Shown in pieces: positions 8,866-17,757 of a stretch of 24,635 nucleotides of DNA. Origin of the DNA: Candidatus Iainarchaeum sp. (lineage in GTDB: Archaea; Iainarchaeota; Iainarchaeia; Iainarchaeales; JAFCCJ01). The notes beneath the pieces were generated by a model. That model worked only from the letters and a program-made list of their open reading frames with translations, made no database searches and was not told the origin of the DNA. The position numbers were made by a program, and so were the translations under genes. The stretch covers positions 1 through 24,635 of the forward strand of contig JBDRHK010000026.1 of the NCBI GenBank assembly GCA_043816965.1, read 5' to 3'. Position 1 is the first letter of the stretch, and each line of letters starts with the position of its first letter.

Positions 8866-9858
8866 TTGAAAGTTGCAATAAACGGATTTGGAAGGATTGG
8901 AAGGCAGGTTTTAAGGATTGGTGCAGGGAGAAAGGGAATGGATTTTGTGGCAATTAATGATTTGGCAGACCCTGCGGCCCTTGCGCATCTGCTCAAGTAT
9001 GACTCAGTACACGGTAAATTCGATGGAAGCGTTGAGGTTGATGGAGATACATTGACTGTAAACGGGGACAAGCTAAAGGTTCTCTCTGAAAGGGATCCAG
9101 CAAAGCTCCCCTGGAAGGAATTGGGCGTTGATGTTGTTATTGAAAGCACAGGAGTATTCAGGCAGATTGCGGACGTAAAGAAACACATTGATGCAGGTGC
9201 AAAGAAAGTAATCCTATCAGCCCCGCTGAAGGGTGAGGGTGCACCAATGATTGTTTTGGGCATTAATGATGAGGGATTTGATTTTGAGAAAAACCCGATT
9301 ATTTCAAATGCCTCATGCACAACCAACTGCCTTGCGCCTTTGGTGAAGGTGCTTAATGATGAATTTGGGGTTGTTAAGGGATTTATCACAACAATTCACG
9401 CATACACCTCAGATCAGAGACTTCTTGATGCCCCGCACAAGGACCTGAGAAGGTCAAGGTCGGCGGCAGTAAACATTATTCCGACATCAACCGGTGCGGC
9501 AAAGGCAATAGGGAAAGTAATGCCTGAGATGGCGGGCAAACTTGATGGCTGTGCAATGAGGGTTCCGGTTGCCGACGGGAGCATCACTGATTTTGTTGTA
9601 GAGCTGAAAAAGGAAGCATCAGTTGATGAAATCAATGCGGCAATGAAAAAGGCGGCAGAGGGAAAACTCAAGGGAATTCTGGAGTACAGTGATGAGCCTT
9701 TGGTCAGCACAGACATAATAGGCAATCCCGCCTCAAGCATTTTTGATTCCGGCTCCACAATGGCAAGCGGAAAGTTGGTGAAAGTGCTTTCATGGTATGA
9801 CAATGAGGCCGGCTATTCGGCAAGGCTTGTTGACCTGATAGAATTGGTATCAAAGTAG
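8866..9858 (+). CDS. gap: Glyceraldehyde-3-phosphate dehydrogenase, class I (bacterial type)
   Basis: INGFGRIGR, AINDL, SNASCTTNCLAP, WYDNE. TTG start after a GGGGGG RBS. Confidence 0.97.
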   Translation: MKVAINGFGRIGRQVLRIGAGRKGMDFVAINDLADPAALAHLLKYDSVHGKFDGSVEVDGDTLTVNGDKLKVLSERDPAKLPWKELGVDVVIESTGVFRQIADVKKHIDAGAKKVILSAPLKGEGAPMIVLGINDEGFDFEKNPIISNASCTTNCLAPLVKVLNDEFGVVKGFITTIHAYTSDQRLLDAPHKDLRRSRSAAVNIIPTSTGAAKAIGKVMPEMAGKLDGCAMRVPVADGSITDFVVELKKEASVDEINAAMKKAAEGKLKGILEYSDEPLVSTDIIGNPASSIFDSGSTMASGKLVKVLSWYDNEAGYSARLVDLIELVSK

Positions 9859-9861
9859 CTC

Positions 9862-11298
9862 TCAATTTTTTGAGAGCTCCTCAGATATTAGGCGCTTTGC
9901 GGATTTCGAGTGCACCTTCCTCAGCCAGCTCTCGCCTATCTGCATTCTCTTTGAATAGACCAGTTCCACAATATTTCCTGCCTCAAGCACATGGTCCAGG
10001 GGCGCCTCCTGGCCATTAATCCTTGCCATAAAGCAGTAGGGGGCCTTTTTCGGGCTGGTAAGAAATGCGAAATCAAGGACAGTTGATTTAGGGCTCAATT
10101 CAATTATTTTGTCCTTGCTGTTAAATACAAATATTACGTCGAATAAGTCGCTTATCTTCAGCCAGTCAGCCATTTCACTGCTGGTTCTGAACTTAAACGG
10201 GCTGTGCGTTATTTCTGCCAGCCATTTGGTTCTTTTGTTGAGGGTTTTCTTGTCATCAGCATCTGCGGAAAGGTACCTGAATACCCCCCTCCCGTAGAAT
10301 TTGAAAAACTCCTTTGTGCTGATATAAAATTTCAGCGGTTTTTTATCAGGCCCGATTACGGTTGTATGTATGGCCCTGTGAAGCTCACTTTTTGGGATTG
10401 CGATATGGTCCTTGAGCTTTTTGGGGAGTGGCCTAAAGAGGGCATGAAGCTTTCCAAGGGCGCAATATGCCTCATTGATATCGTTGGTGAGGATAAAAAC
10501 CAGGACATTGTCATTGATTTCGGCAAGAATTTTTCCATGGTGCAGCATTTTATGGTATGTGGAATAAATTGATTTGTCATAAACAACGAAATTGTAATCC
10601 TTGCCCACGAATTCCTTTTTCAGGAGCTTAATTGCCTTGTTGATTTCCTTCCTTTTTACCTTCCTCTTTATTTCAATTTTCTTTTTTAGATCAGAATATT
10701 TTTCAGGATTGATATGTTGAAATGCCAGGTCCTCCAACTCACTCCCAATTCTGTAAAGTCCCAGGCGATGTGCAAGCGGCCCATAAAGCGCGAGAACATC
10801 CACGGCAATTCTTTTTTGTTTTTCCTTTGGAACAAATCCAAGGGTTTTCATATTGTCTAATTTGTCGGCGAGTTTAATCAGCACAACCCTTATGTCCTTT
10901 GAGCCTGCCTCAAGTATTTTTTCAAGATTAGCGATATTATTCTCCTGCCTTGATTTAAATGCCGCCCTGTCCCAATTGGTTACTCCCTCAACCAACTGGC
11001 AGATTTCCTTCCCAAAAAGTTTCCTAAGCTGTTTGTAATCTACAGGGGTATCCTCCAATACATCGTGGAGAAGGGTGGCAGCAATCATCACCTCATCTGA
11101 CCTGTACTCAGCTATAATTTTTGCGGCCCCGACAGGATGCACTATGTAGGGCTCCTTTGAAAGCCTTAACTGCCTTTTGTGGCGGCTTTTTGAGAAATGG
11201 TATGCCTCCTCAATGAGGGCTGTGTCGGCCTTTGGGTGGTATTTGAGGTAGGTTTTAATCAGTTCCCTTAAATCGTCGTTTCCCTTTTTCTTAGCCAT
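9862..11298 (-). CDS. RelA/SpoT homologue: HD hydrolase + degenerate synthetase + TGS, lacking ZFD/ACT
   Basis: PYIVHP, LLHDVLEDT, IKLADKLDNMKTL, PLAHRLG, ELEDLAF, HTTVIGP, and TGS-like STVLDFAF...ARING. Confidence 0.9.
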   Translation of the reverse strand: MAKKKGNDDLRELIKTYLKYHPKADTALIEEAYHFSKSRHKRQLRLSKEPYIVHPVGAAKIIAEYRSDEVMIAATLLHDVLEDTPVDYKQLRKLFGKEICQLVEGVTNWDRAAFKSRQENNIANLEKILEAGSKDIRVVLIKLADKLDNMKTLGFVPKEKQKRIAVDVLALYGPLAHRLGLYRIGSELEDLAFQHINPEKYSDLKKKIEIKRKVKRKEINKAIKLLKKEFVGKDYNFVVYDKSIYSTYHKMLHHGKILAEINDNVLVFILTNDINEAYCALGKLHALFRPLPKKLKDHIAIPKSELHRAIHTTVIGPDKKPLKFYISTKEFFKFYGRGVFRYLSADADDKKTLNKRTKWLAEITHSPFKFRTSSEMADWLKISDLFDVIFVFNSKDKIIELSPKSTVLDFAFLTSPKKAPYCFMARINGQEAPLDHVLEAGNIVELVYSKRMQIGESWLRKVHSKSAKRLISEELSKN

Positions 11299-11356
11299 TA
11301 AATATCAACCGAACAAACTCTATTTAATTAATTCTTTTGGGTGGCACTTAATTCTC

Positions 11357-13057
11357 TCACATTTCCTCGAGAACAGGAATTCCAAGCAACTCCATTCCAT
11401 TTTTCATTGCATGGGAGAATGCCCTCACCAACCCAATCCTTGCATTTCTGAATTTCTTTTCTGCCTTGAGAACAGGCAGCTCATGGTAAAATGAATTGAA
11501 GGCCGCACCCATCTGTAGCAGGTGCTGGCAAAGCGGGAGCGGGGAAACATGTTCCGCAGAATAATCGCAGATGGCAGGGAATTTCCCGAGATGCGAAACC
11601 AGGTTCTTCTCCATCCCCTCGGTGAGAAGTGAGTAATCCCCCTTTCCTGAATCCTTTACCTTCCGAAGTATGCTCCTTGCCCTTGCATAAGAATATTGGA
11701 GATATGGCCCTGTCTCCCCCTCAAGTGCAAGCGCCCGTTTCCAGTTGAACACTATTTCCTTATTGTTGTCCCTGTTAAGCATGCTGAACTTTATTGCCGC
11801 AAGGGAAATCGCCTTTGCATTCCCATTAATCCTCTTAGCGTTCCAGCCCTTATGCCTTTCCCCAACTTCCCTGACAACCTGTTCCATCATATTCTCCATA
11901 AGTTCATTGTAAGTAATCACTTTTCCTTCCCTGGAGGCCATCTTTCCCTCCTCCAGCACAACCAGCGCATAGCTGATATGCCTTGTTTTCTTCGCCTCCT
12001 TGAAACCTGCCAGATTCAGGGTTTTAATCAGCTGCCTGAAATAAAAATCCTGTTCAGCACCCACTATGTGCAGGCTCCTGTCAGGCTTAAATTCCCTGAA
12101 TTTCATTTCCGCAAGCGCAAGGTCCTTTGTTGAATAAAGCGGCATATCGTCACTCTTCAGGATTACTAAAACCCCCAGCCCATATTTTTTCAAATCCATA
12201 ATAATCGCGTTTTCGCTCTCCTCAGCAACCCCTTTCTTCAGCAGGCCCTTTGCAATTTCCTGCCCCCTTTTTTCCATCTCGCTCTCGAAATAAAGCCTGT
12301 CAAATTTAACCCCAAAATCCCTGTAAATCCCCATGAAATAATCCAGGCTCCATTTCCTTGTCTTCTTCCAAAGTGCCTGCAATTTCTTATCCTTCCCCTC
12401 AAACAATTTTTTGGTTAGGTCCCTCATTTCCTGCCCCAGTTCCTCATTGCCCTTCACTTTTCCGCTTGCGGTCGCATAAATCTTCCCTAACCAGATTCCC
12501 TTTCCTTCCTTAGGTTCATTTCCGCCCAAACCATTCATATATCCCCACAGGCACTTGCTTACATGCGGCCCAACATCCCCCTGATAGTTGGTTCGGTAAA
12601 TTTTGTAGCCATTGAATTCCAGAATGCGGGAAATCGCCGCTCCCAATGAAATATTCCTCACATGCCCTATGTGGAATGCTTTGTGGGTGTTTGCATGGCA
12701 GAATTCGGTGACAATTTTTTCCTTCTTTTTTGGGCTTGAACCATATTTTTCTTTCTGTTTAAGAATTTCCCCAATAACCTCTTTACCTAAACTGCCCTTA
12801 TTCAAATAGAAATTCAAATATCCCCCTGCCAATTCCATCTTCTCGAATTCGACAGGCAGCTTAATTCCATTGACCAGCTCCTGCGCAATTTCAGCAGGCG
12901 CCTTTTTGTAAACAGCCGCAAGCTTAAAGCAGGGAAATGCCAAATCCCCAAGCTCGGGATTGGGTGGAACCTCCAGCATCTCTTCAATTTCCCCCCTAGA
13001 AATGCCCTTTGCCGATTTGGCAATGGCCCCTGAAAGCAGTTTTCTGTAATCAGCCAT
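11357..13057 (-). CDS. argS: Arginyl-tRNA synthetase
   Basis: GDLAFPCF, HANTHKAFHIGHVRN (HIGH), KMASREG, GETGPYLQYSYAR, C-terminal EEM. Confidence 0.97.
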   Translation of the reverse strand: MADYRKLLSGAIAKSAKGISRGEIEEMLEVPPNPELGDLAFPCFKLAAVYKKAPAEIAQELVNGIKLPVEFEKMELAGGYLNFYLNKGSLGKEVIGEILKQKEKYGSSPKKKEKIVTEFCHANTHKAFHIGHVRNISLGAAISRILEFNGYKIYRTNYQGDVGPHVSKCLWGYMNGLGGNEPKEGKGIWLGKIYATASGKVKGNEELGQEMRDLTKKLFEGKDKKLQALWKKTRKWSLDYFMGIYRDFGVKFDRLYFESEMEKRGQEIAKGLLKKGVAEESENAIIMDLKKYGLGVLVILKSDDMPLYSTKDLALAEMKFREFKPDRSLHIVGAEQDFYFRQLIKTLNLAGFKEAKKTRHISYALVVLEEGKMASREGKVITYNELMENMMEQVVREVGERHKGWNAKRINGNAKAISLAAIKFSMLNRDNNKEIVFNWKRALALEGETGPYLQYSYARARSILRKVKDSGKGDYSLLTEGMEKNLVSHLGKFPAICDYSAEHVSPLPLCQHLLQMGAAFNSFYHELPVLKAEKKFRNARIGLVRAFSHAMKNGMELLGIPVLEEM

Positions 13058-13108
13058 AATTAGATAACCGCCCTGCTTAATTTAAACCTATTTCCGATGG
13101 GCAATAAA

Positions 13109-14395
13109 CTAGTTTTCCAATTTCTGAATTTCCCGCCCAATTTTATCCAGATTCAGATTTCCAGGGGAGCCCACAATCTTTAGGGATTTTAAATATTCCC
13201 CAATTTTGTAATCCATTCCCTTACTTTCAGCAGCTTTTTTATATGCCTCGCGGAAAGGAACCCCTCCCAATGCAAGTTTATTGGCCTCAACAGCCTGGAA
13301 CATTTCAGGGGTTATTGCCGCCTCACTTTTCCCCTTATCCACTTTCAGCCCGGAAATAACTTTCTTCATGACTGAAACCGATTTTTTGCAGGATTCCAGC
13401 GAATTCATAAATGGTTCTTTAGTAAGCTGAAAATCCTTATTGTAACCGGAAGGAAGTGAGTTAATTATTGAAAATATTTTGAAACATTCTCCCGCCATCT
13501 CCCCGGATTTTGCTCTCACCATTTCCAGAACATCGGCATTCTTTTTCTGCGGCATTATGCTGCTCCCGCTGCACAATTCAGGGGAAATTTCAACAAACCC
13601 AAATTCCTCTGTAGAAAACAGAAGCAAATCAGTGGCAATTTTGTTCAGATCCAGCATAACCTGCAGCAATGCATTCACCACAATCAGCTCAAACTTCCCT
13701 CTGCTGTTCTGCACATACAATGCGCTGTTCTGGATTTTACCAAAACCTAAAAGGTCCTTTGTCAGTTCCCTGTCGAGGGGAACATTCACCCCATAGCCCG
13801 CGGCAGAACCCAGTGGATTCTGGTCAATAATCTCAATTGCAAGCCCAACCATTTTCAAATCATCGAGCAATGCCTCTGCAAATGCCCCTCCCCACAACCC
13901 CCAGGAGGATGGCATTGCCTTTTGCATGTGGGTGTAACCAGGCATTCCCACAAACTCATTCTCCTTTGCAAACCCTGCCATTATTTTGGCAAGCCCAAGC
14001 AGGCCTGATTTAATTTCATTCAACTCATTTTTCGCAAAAAGGCGTATTGCGGCAATAACCTGGTCATTTCTCGAACGGCCTGTATGAATCTTCTTTCCCG
14101 CCACCCCAACCTTTTCCACAAGATAGTTCTCGATTTTTGTATGGCAGTCCTCGTCCTCAAAAGAAATTCCGAATTCCCCCTTTTTCGAAAGTCCGATAAT
14201 TTCTTCCAGGCACTTCTCCAGATCACCTAATTCCTCCCCGGAAAGAACCCCTATTGAATGAAGCATTTTTGCATGTGCGGCCGAGGCGATGCAGTCAAAC
14301 TCCACCAATTTCCCGTCTAGCAAAACATCATTTCCTGCGATGAATTCCTCAACCTCCTTATCGATTGAAACCTTATCCTTTTTCCATAACTTCAT
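13109..14395 (-). CDS. argH: Argininosuccinate lyase
   Basis: HTGRSRNDQ, MPGYTH, PLGSAAGYG, GSSIMPQKKN. Operon context agrees. Confidence 0.96.
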   Translation of the reverse strand: MKLWKKDKVSIDKEVEEFIAGNDVLLDGKLVEFDCIASAAHAKMLHSIGVLSGEELGDLEKCLEEIIGLSKKGEFGISFEDEDCHTKIENYLVEKVGVAGKKIHTGRSRNDQVIAAIRLFAKNELNEIKSGLLGLAKIMAGFAKENEFVGMPGYTHMQKAMPSSWGLWGGAFAEALLDDLKMVGLAIEIIDQNPLGSAAGYGVNVPLDRELTKDLLGFGKIQNSALYVQNSRGKFELIVVNALLQVMLDLNKIATDLLLFSTEEFGFVEISPELCSGSSIMPQKKNADVLEMVRAKSGEMAGECFKIFSIINSLPSGYNKDFQLTKEPFMNSLESCKKSVSVMKKVISGLKVDKGKSEAAITPEMFQAVEANKLALGGVPFREAYKKAAESKGMDYKIGEYLKSLKIVGSPGNLNLDKIGREIQKLEN

Positions 14396-14403
14396 TCCAA
14401 CAC

Positions 14404-15624
14404 CTAAATTAATTCTATCCCCAGCTTCTTATTAATCTTTGACTGGATTTTCAATGGCAGGCTGTTTATTTTCAGAAAGCCGGTGGAATCATCCTGATTG
14501 AAATCCCCGCCCTTTTCCATTGTGGAAATGCTTTCATCGTAAAGTGAAAATTCAGAACTTCTCCCAACAGGGATGCAGTTCCCCTTGTAAAGTTCCAGTT
14601 TCACCTCGCCGCTAACCCCTATCTGGCTTGCATCCACCAGCTTATTCAGCGCATGAAATTCTCTGCCACACCAGAATCCATTGTAAACCAACTTCGCATA
14701 TTCAGGAATAAGTGAATCACGCAGATGCATTAAATCTCTGTCCATACAAATTCCCTCCAAATCATTGTGGGCTATGTAAAGGATTGTAACCCCCGGAGCC
14801 TCATAAACCCCTCTGCTCTTTATGCCCACAAATCTGTTCTCCACCATATCCAGAATTCCAATCCCGTGCTTTTTTCCTATGGAATTCAATTCCGTAAGCA
14901 ATTCAACCCCGCCCATCTTCTTTCCATTCAGGGCAACCGGAATTCCATCCTTAAAGGAGATTGTTATTTCCCCTGATTCCTCGCCAACAAATTTGGGATG
15001 TGATGTGAGAGTATACATGTCCTCTAGTGGTTTTGCCATAGGATCTTCCAACATTCCTGCCTCGCTGCTTTTATGCGCGATATTGTCATCATTGCTCCAT
15101 GGTTTCTCTTTGGTGGCAGAAACCGGAATGCCGTTCTTCTTCGCAAAATCAATTGCCTCAATTCTCCCGGGAATGAGCTCACGGAACCCCTTGTCTCTCC
15201 ATGGCGCAATTATTTTCACATCAGGCATGAGCGCAGCAGCGGTAAGTTCAAATCTGCACTGGTCATTTCCTTTTCCTGTTGCTCCATGTGCTATAATGTT
15301 GGTTCCCTCCTCTTTCGCAACTTCAACCAGTTTTTTGGATATGAAAGGGCGTGCAATGGAGGTCCCCATAAGATACTTTCCCTCATACTTTGCATTTGCC
15401 TTCAGGCACTGGAAAACCCCATCCTCAACAAATTCCTTCTTTGCATCAATAAGGAAGAACTTTTTAGCGCCTGATGCCAGTGCCTTTTCCTTAATCCCTT
15501 TCTCCATTTCCTGCCCTAAATCAACACTGGCACAAATTACATCATAGCCCTTATTGTCCAGCCATTTCACTATTACTGAGGTGTCCAGTCCCCCTGAATA
15601 TGCCAGAACAACTTTTTCCCCCAT
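14404..15624 (-). CDS. argG: Argininosuccinate synthase
   Basis: LAYSGGLDTS, HGATGKGNDQ, ENRFVGIKSRGVYE, LYKGN. Confidence 0.97.
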   Translation of the reverse strand: MGEKVVLAYSGGLDTSVIVKWLDNKGYDVICASVDLGQEMEKGIKEKALASGAKKFFLIDAKKEFVEDGVFQCLKANAKYEGKYLMGTSIARPFISKKLVEVAKEEGTNIIAHGATGKGNDQCRFELTAAALMPDVKIIAPWRDKGFRELIPGRIEAIDFAKKNGIPVSATKEKPWSNDDNIAHKSSEAGMLEDPMAKPLEDMYTLTSHPKFVGEESGEITISFKDGIPVALNGKKMGGVELLTELNSIGKKHGIGILDMVENRFVGIKSRGVYEAPGVTILYIAHNDLEGICMDRDLMHLRDSLIPEYAKLVYNGFWCGREFHALNKLVDASQIGVSGEVKLELYKGNCIPVGRSSEFSLYDESISTMEKGGDFNQDDSTGFLKINSLPLKIQSKINKKLGIELI

Positions 15625-15625
15625 T

Positions 15626-16516
15626 TTAATCCTCTCCCAAAAGTTTCACCATTATTGCCTTCTGCATATGCATTCTGTTTTCCGCCTGGTCGAAAACAAC
15701 TGAATTTTCAGAATCAAGCACCTCATCCGAAATCTCATAACCTCTGTGGGCCGGAAGGCAGTGCATTACAATTGGGTCAATCCCGTTCAGCAACTCACCA
15801 TTAACCTGAAACCCCTTAAATGCCTTCATTTTTCTTTCTTTCTGATTTTCTTCCCCCATCGAAATCCAGGTATCTGTGTAAACAATATCTGCGCCCTTAA
15901 CCGCCTCCTTAGGGTCTGTGAAATGCTTGTATTTCCCGAACATTTTCCCAACTTTCACAGCATCCTCCAGTGGTTCATGTCCTTCCGGAGTTGCAACATT
16001 AACATTCATCCCTGCCTTTGCCCCCCCAATGATTAGGGAATTGCAGACATTGTTCCCGTCCCCGATAAACGCAAGGCTTAGTCCCTCCAATTTCCCTTTT
16101 TTTTCCTTTATTGTAAGCAAATCTGAGAGAATCTGGCAGGGATGGTATAGATTGCACAATCCATTCATCAGCGGAACATTTATCGCATTAGCCATCTCAA
16201 CCAAATCCCCGTGCTTGTAAACCCTCGCCATAATTATGTCTGAATATTTCTCAATGCATTTTATCTCGTCAGCAATGCCCCCCAAAGTAAAATTGGTTTT
16301 AAGCCAGTCAAGAAAAATTGCGTGCCCCCCGAGCTGGGTCATGCCTGCCTCAAAGGACATCCTTGTCCTTGTGGATGTTTTCTGGAAAATCATTGTAAGG
16401 GTTTTCCCCTCCAAAATCCCAGAGTACTCCTTTTGATTTGCCTTTATCTTTTCGGCCAGTTTCACCAAATCATTCACTTGGCTTGCTGTCAAATCCTTTA
16501 AGCTCAGCAGATGCAT
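15626..16516 (-). CDS. argF: Ornithine carbamoyltransferase
   Basis: STRTR, HPCQ, GDGNNV, DTWISMG, HCLP, DQAENR. True start is ATG 16516 behind a GGAGGTGG RBS, not the track start at 16618. Confidence 0.96.
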   Translation of the reverse strand: MHLLSLKDLTASQVNDLVKLAEKIKANQKEYSGILEGKTLTMIFQKTSTRTRMSFEAGMTQLGGHAIFLDWLKTNFTLGGIADEIKCIEKYSDIIMARVYKHGDLVEMANAINVPLMNGLCNLYHPCQILSDLLTIKEKKGKLEGLSLAFIGDGNNVCNSLIIGGAKAGMNVNVATPEGHEPLEDAVKVGKMFGKYKHFTDPKEAVKGADIVYTDTWISMGEENQKERKMKAFKGFQVNGELLNGIDPIVMHCLPAHRGYEISDEVLDSENSVVFDQAENRMHMQKAIMVKLLGED

Positions 16517-16668
16517 ATCTCCACCTCCGTTAAGTAATTCTGCTGTCCAGGCAGTTATAACTGCTGACCGAAACAGGACAGAATTTCCGGAAAAAGTCCC
16601 ATATCGAAAAATAGACAAATTTGTCCAAAAAAGAACAATTTAAATACTCCCTCCCACAATAATATTTC
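16517..16668. promoter_or_regulatory. Divergent control region between argF and the ACT-domain gene, with several palindromes
   Basis: ATTTAAAT TATA at ~16638-16645. Palindromes GCAGTTATAACTGC (16551-16564) and GACAAATTTGTC (16614-16625). Inverted arms at 16536-16548 and 16576-16585. Confidence 0.7.
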
Positions 16669-17301
16669 ATGAAAGTATCCCAAAAACTGGAGGAATTCAT
16701 TGAAAATTCCCCATCGGTTAAGGACTGCCTGGCAATGGGCCTGATAAATCATTCGGCTCTCGCCAGAAAATTCTGTGATGAATCAGGGCTGAAGAAGAAT
16801 TCCTGCTTCGATGCTGCATTGATTTCTTCTCGCAGATACCAGGAAAAGATAAAGCTAACAAAAACATCTGAGTCAAAAATCCTCGCCCTCCTAAAGAGCA
16901 GCAAGCTCTCGCTGAAAACAAAGATGGCTGCAATGGTAATTTCAAACAAGGTGCAGTTTTCAGCCATCATTGACTTTGCAAAGGAAATTGGAAAGGGGGA
17001 TGAGGAATTTCATTTAATTCAGGGCCCCTCCTCAATGACCATAATCTGTTCAGACGAGTTTATTGATTTGGCGAAAAAGATTTTTGGGCATTTCCTGATC
17101 AGCAGGAAAAAGAATTTAGTTGAATTAAGCCTGAAGTCAGGGAAGGATCTGGAGGAACTCTCCGGAGTGATGCAATATCTATACACAAAATTCGGCCAGA
17201 ACGGGATAAACATAGTTGAAACCATGAGCTCCTGGACCGACACATTATTTGTTGTTGATGAGAAAGATTCCTCGCGGGCGATGCAATTGCTGAGTTTTTA
17301 A
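16669..17301 (+). CDS. ACT-domain protein with N-terminal HTH-like segment, putative amino-acid-responsive regulator
   Basis: GLINHSALAR N-terminal motif and C-terminal ACT-like GVMQYLYTKFGQNGINIVETMSSWTDTLFVV. Divergent from the arg operon. Confidence 0.75.
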   Translation: MKVSQKLEEFIENSPSVKDCLAMGLINHSALARKFCDESGLKKNSCFDAALISSRRYQEKIKLTKTSESKILALLKSSKLSLKTKMAAMVISNKVQFSAIIDFAKEIGKGDEEFHLIQGPSSMTIICSDEFIDLAKKIFGHFLISRKKNLVELSLKSGKDLEELSGVMQYLYTKFGQNGINIVETMSSWTDTLFVVDEKDSSRAMQLLSF

Positions 17302-17305
17302 AAAT

Positions 17306-17677
17306 TTAGAGTTTTATCATTTTAAGCGCGCTGTAAATAAACCCGCCGACTATGATGAGGTAAATGAAGAAACTTATTATGTAAAAAACCGGCGAGAAAT
17401 GGGTGAGGATTAGGAGCAGAACCAAAAGCCCAATCATAATTTCACTGTGCACAAGCAGCTTGAAACCGCTAAACAAAATCCATAGCGCAACAGCGGCCTG
17501 GGCATAAAAGAAATTTTCAGGAAAAAAATGCAGGATTGTAAAGAAGCCAATAACAACAATAATGAATTTCACCCTCGCAATATCCCCCTTTGCGGCAATG
17601 AAATGCACAAGTATGGCGAAATAAATTAGGATATTCATTATTTCCCCAGCAATCCCAATTAAAGCAGGTGCGTCCAT
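17306..17677 (-). CDS. Hypothetical multi-pass membrane protein
   Basis: Almost entirely hydrophobic 123 aa, with GAGGG RBS upstream. Confidence 0.75.
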   Translation of the reverse strand: MDAPALIGIAGEIMNILIYFAILVHFIAAKGDIARVKFIIVVIGFFTILHFFPENFFYAQAAVALWILFSGFKLLVHSEIMIGLLVLLLILTHFSPVFYIISFFIYLIIVGGFIYSALKMIKL

Positions 17678-17687
17678 TTAATCCCTC

Positions 17688-17756
17688 AGCGAGGCCAAAG
17701 GCCGAGCTAGACCTATACAAAGTATAGGTCGTCGTGTACCCGCAGATAGGCGGGTA
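17688..17756. repeat. Three consecutive GC-rich hairpins immediately 3' of tRNA-Arg
   Basis: AGC-GA-GGCC-AAA-GGCC-GA-GCT (17688-17708), GACCTATAC-AAA-GTATAGGTC (17710-17730), TACCCGC-AGATAG-GCGGGTA (17737-17756). Confidence 0.85.
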
Positions 17757-17757
17757 A

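Noticed and set aside
16517..16618. Track's longer argF N-terminus, or a leader peptide
   Set aside because: A strong RBS precedes ATG 16516 and OTC similarity starts there. No separate Arg-rich leader ORF was seen.
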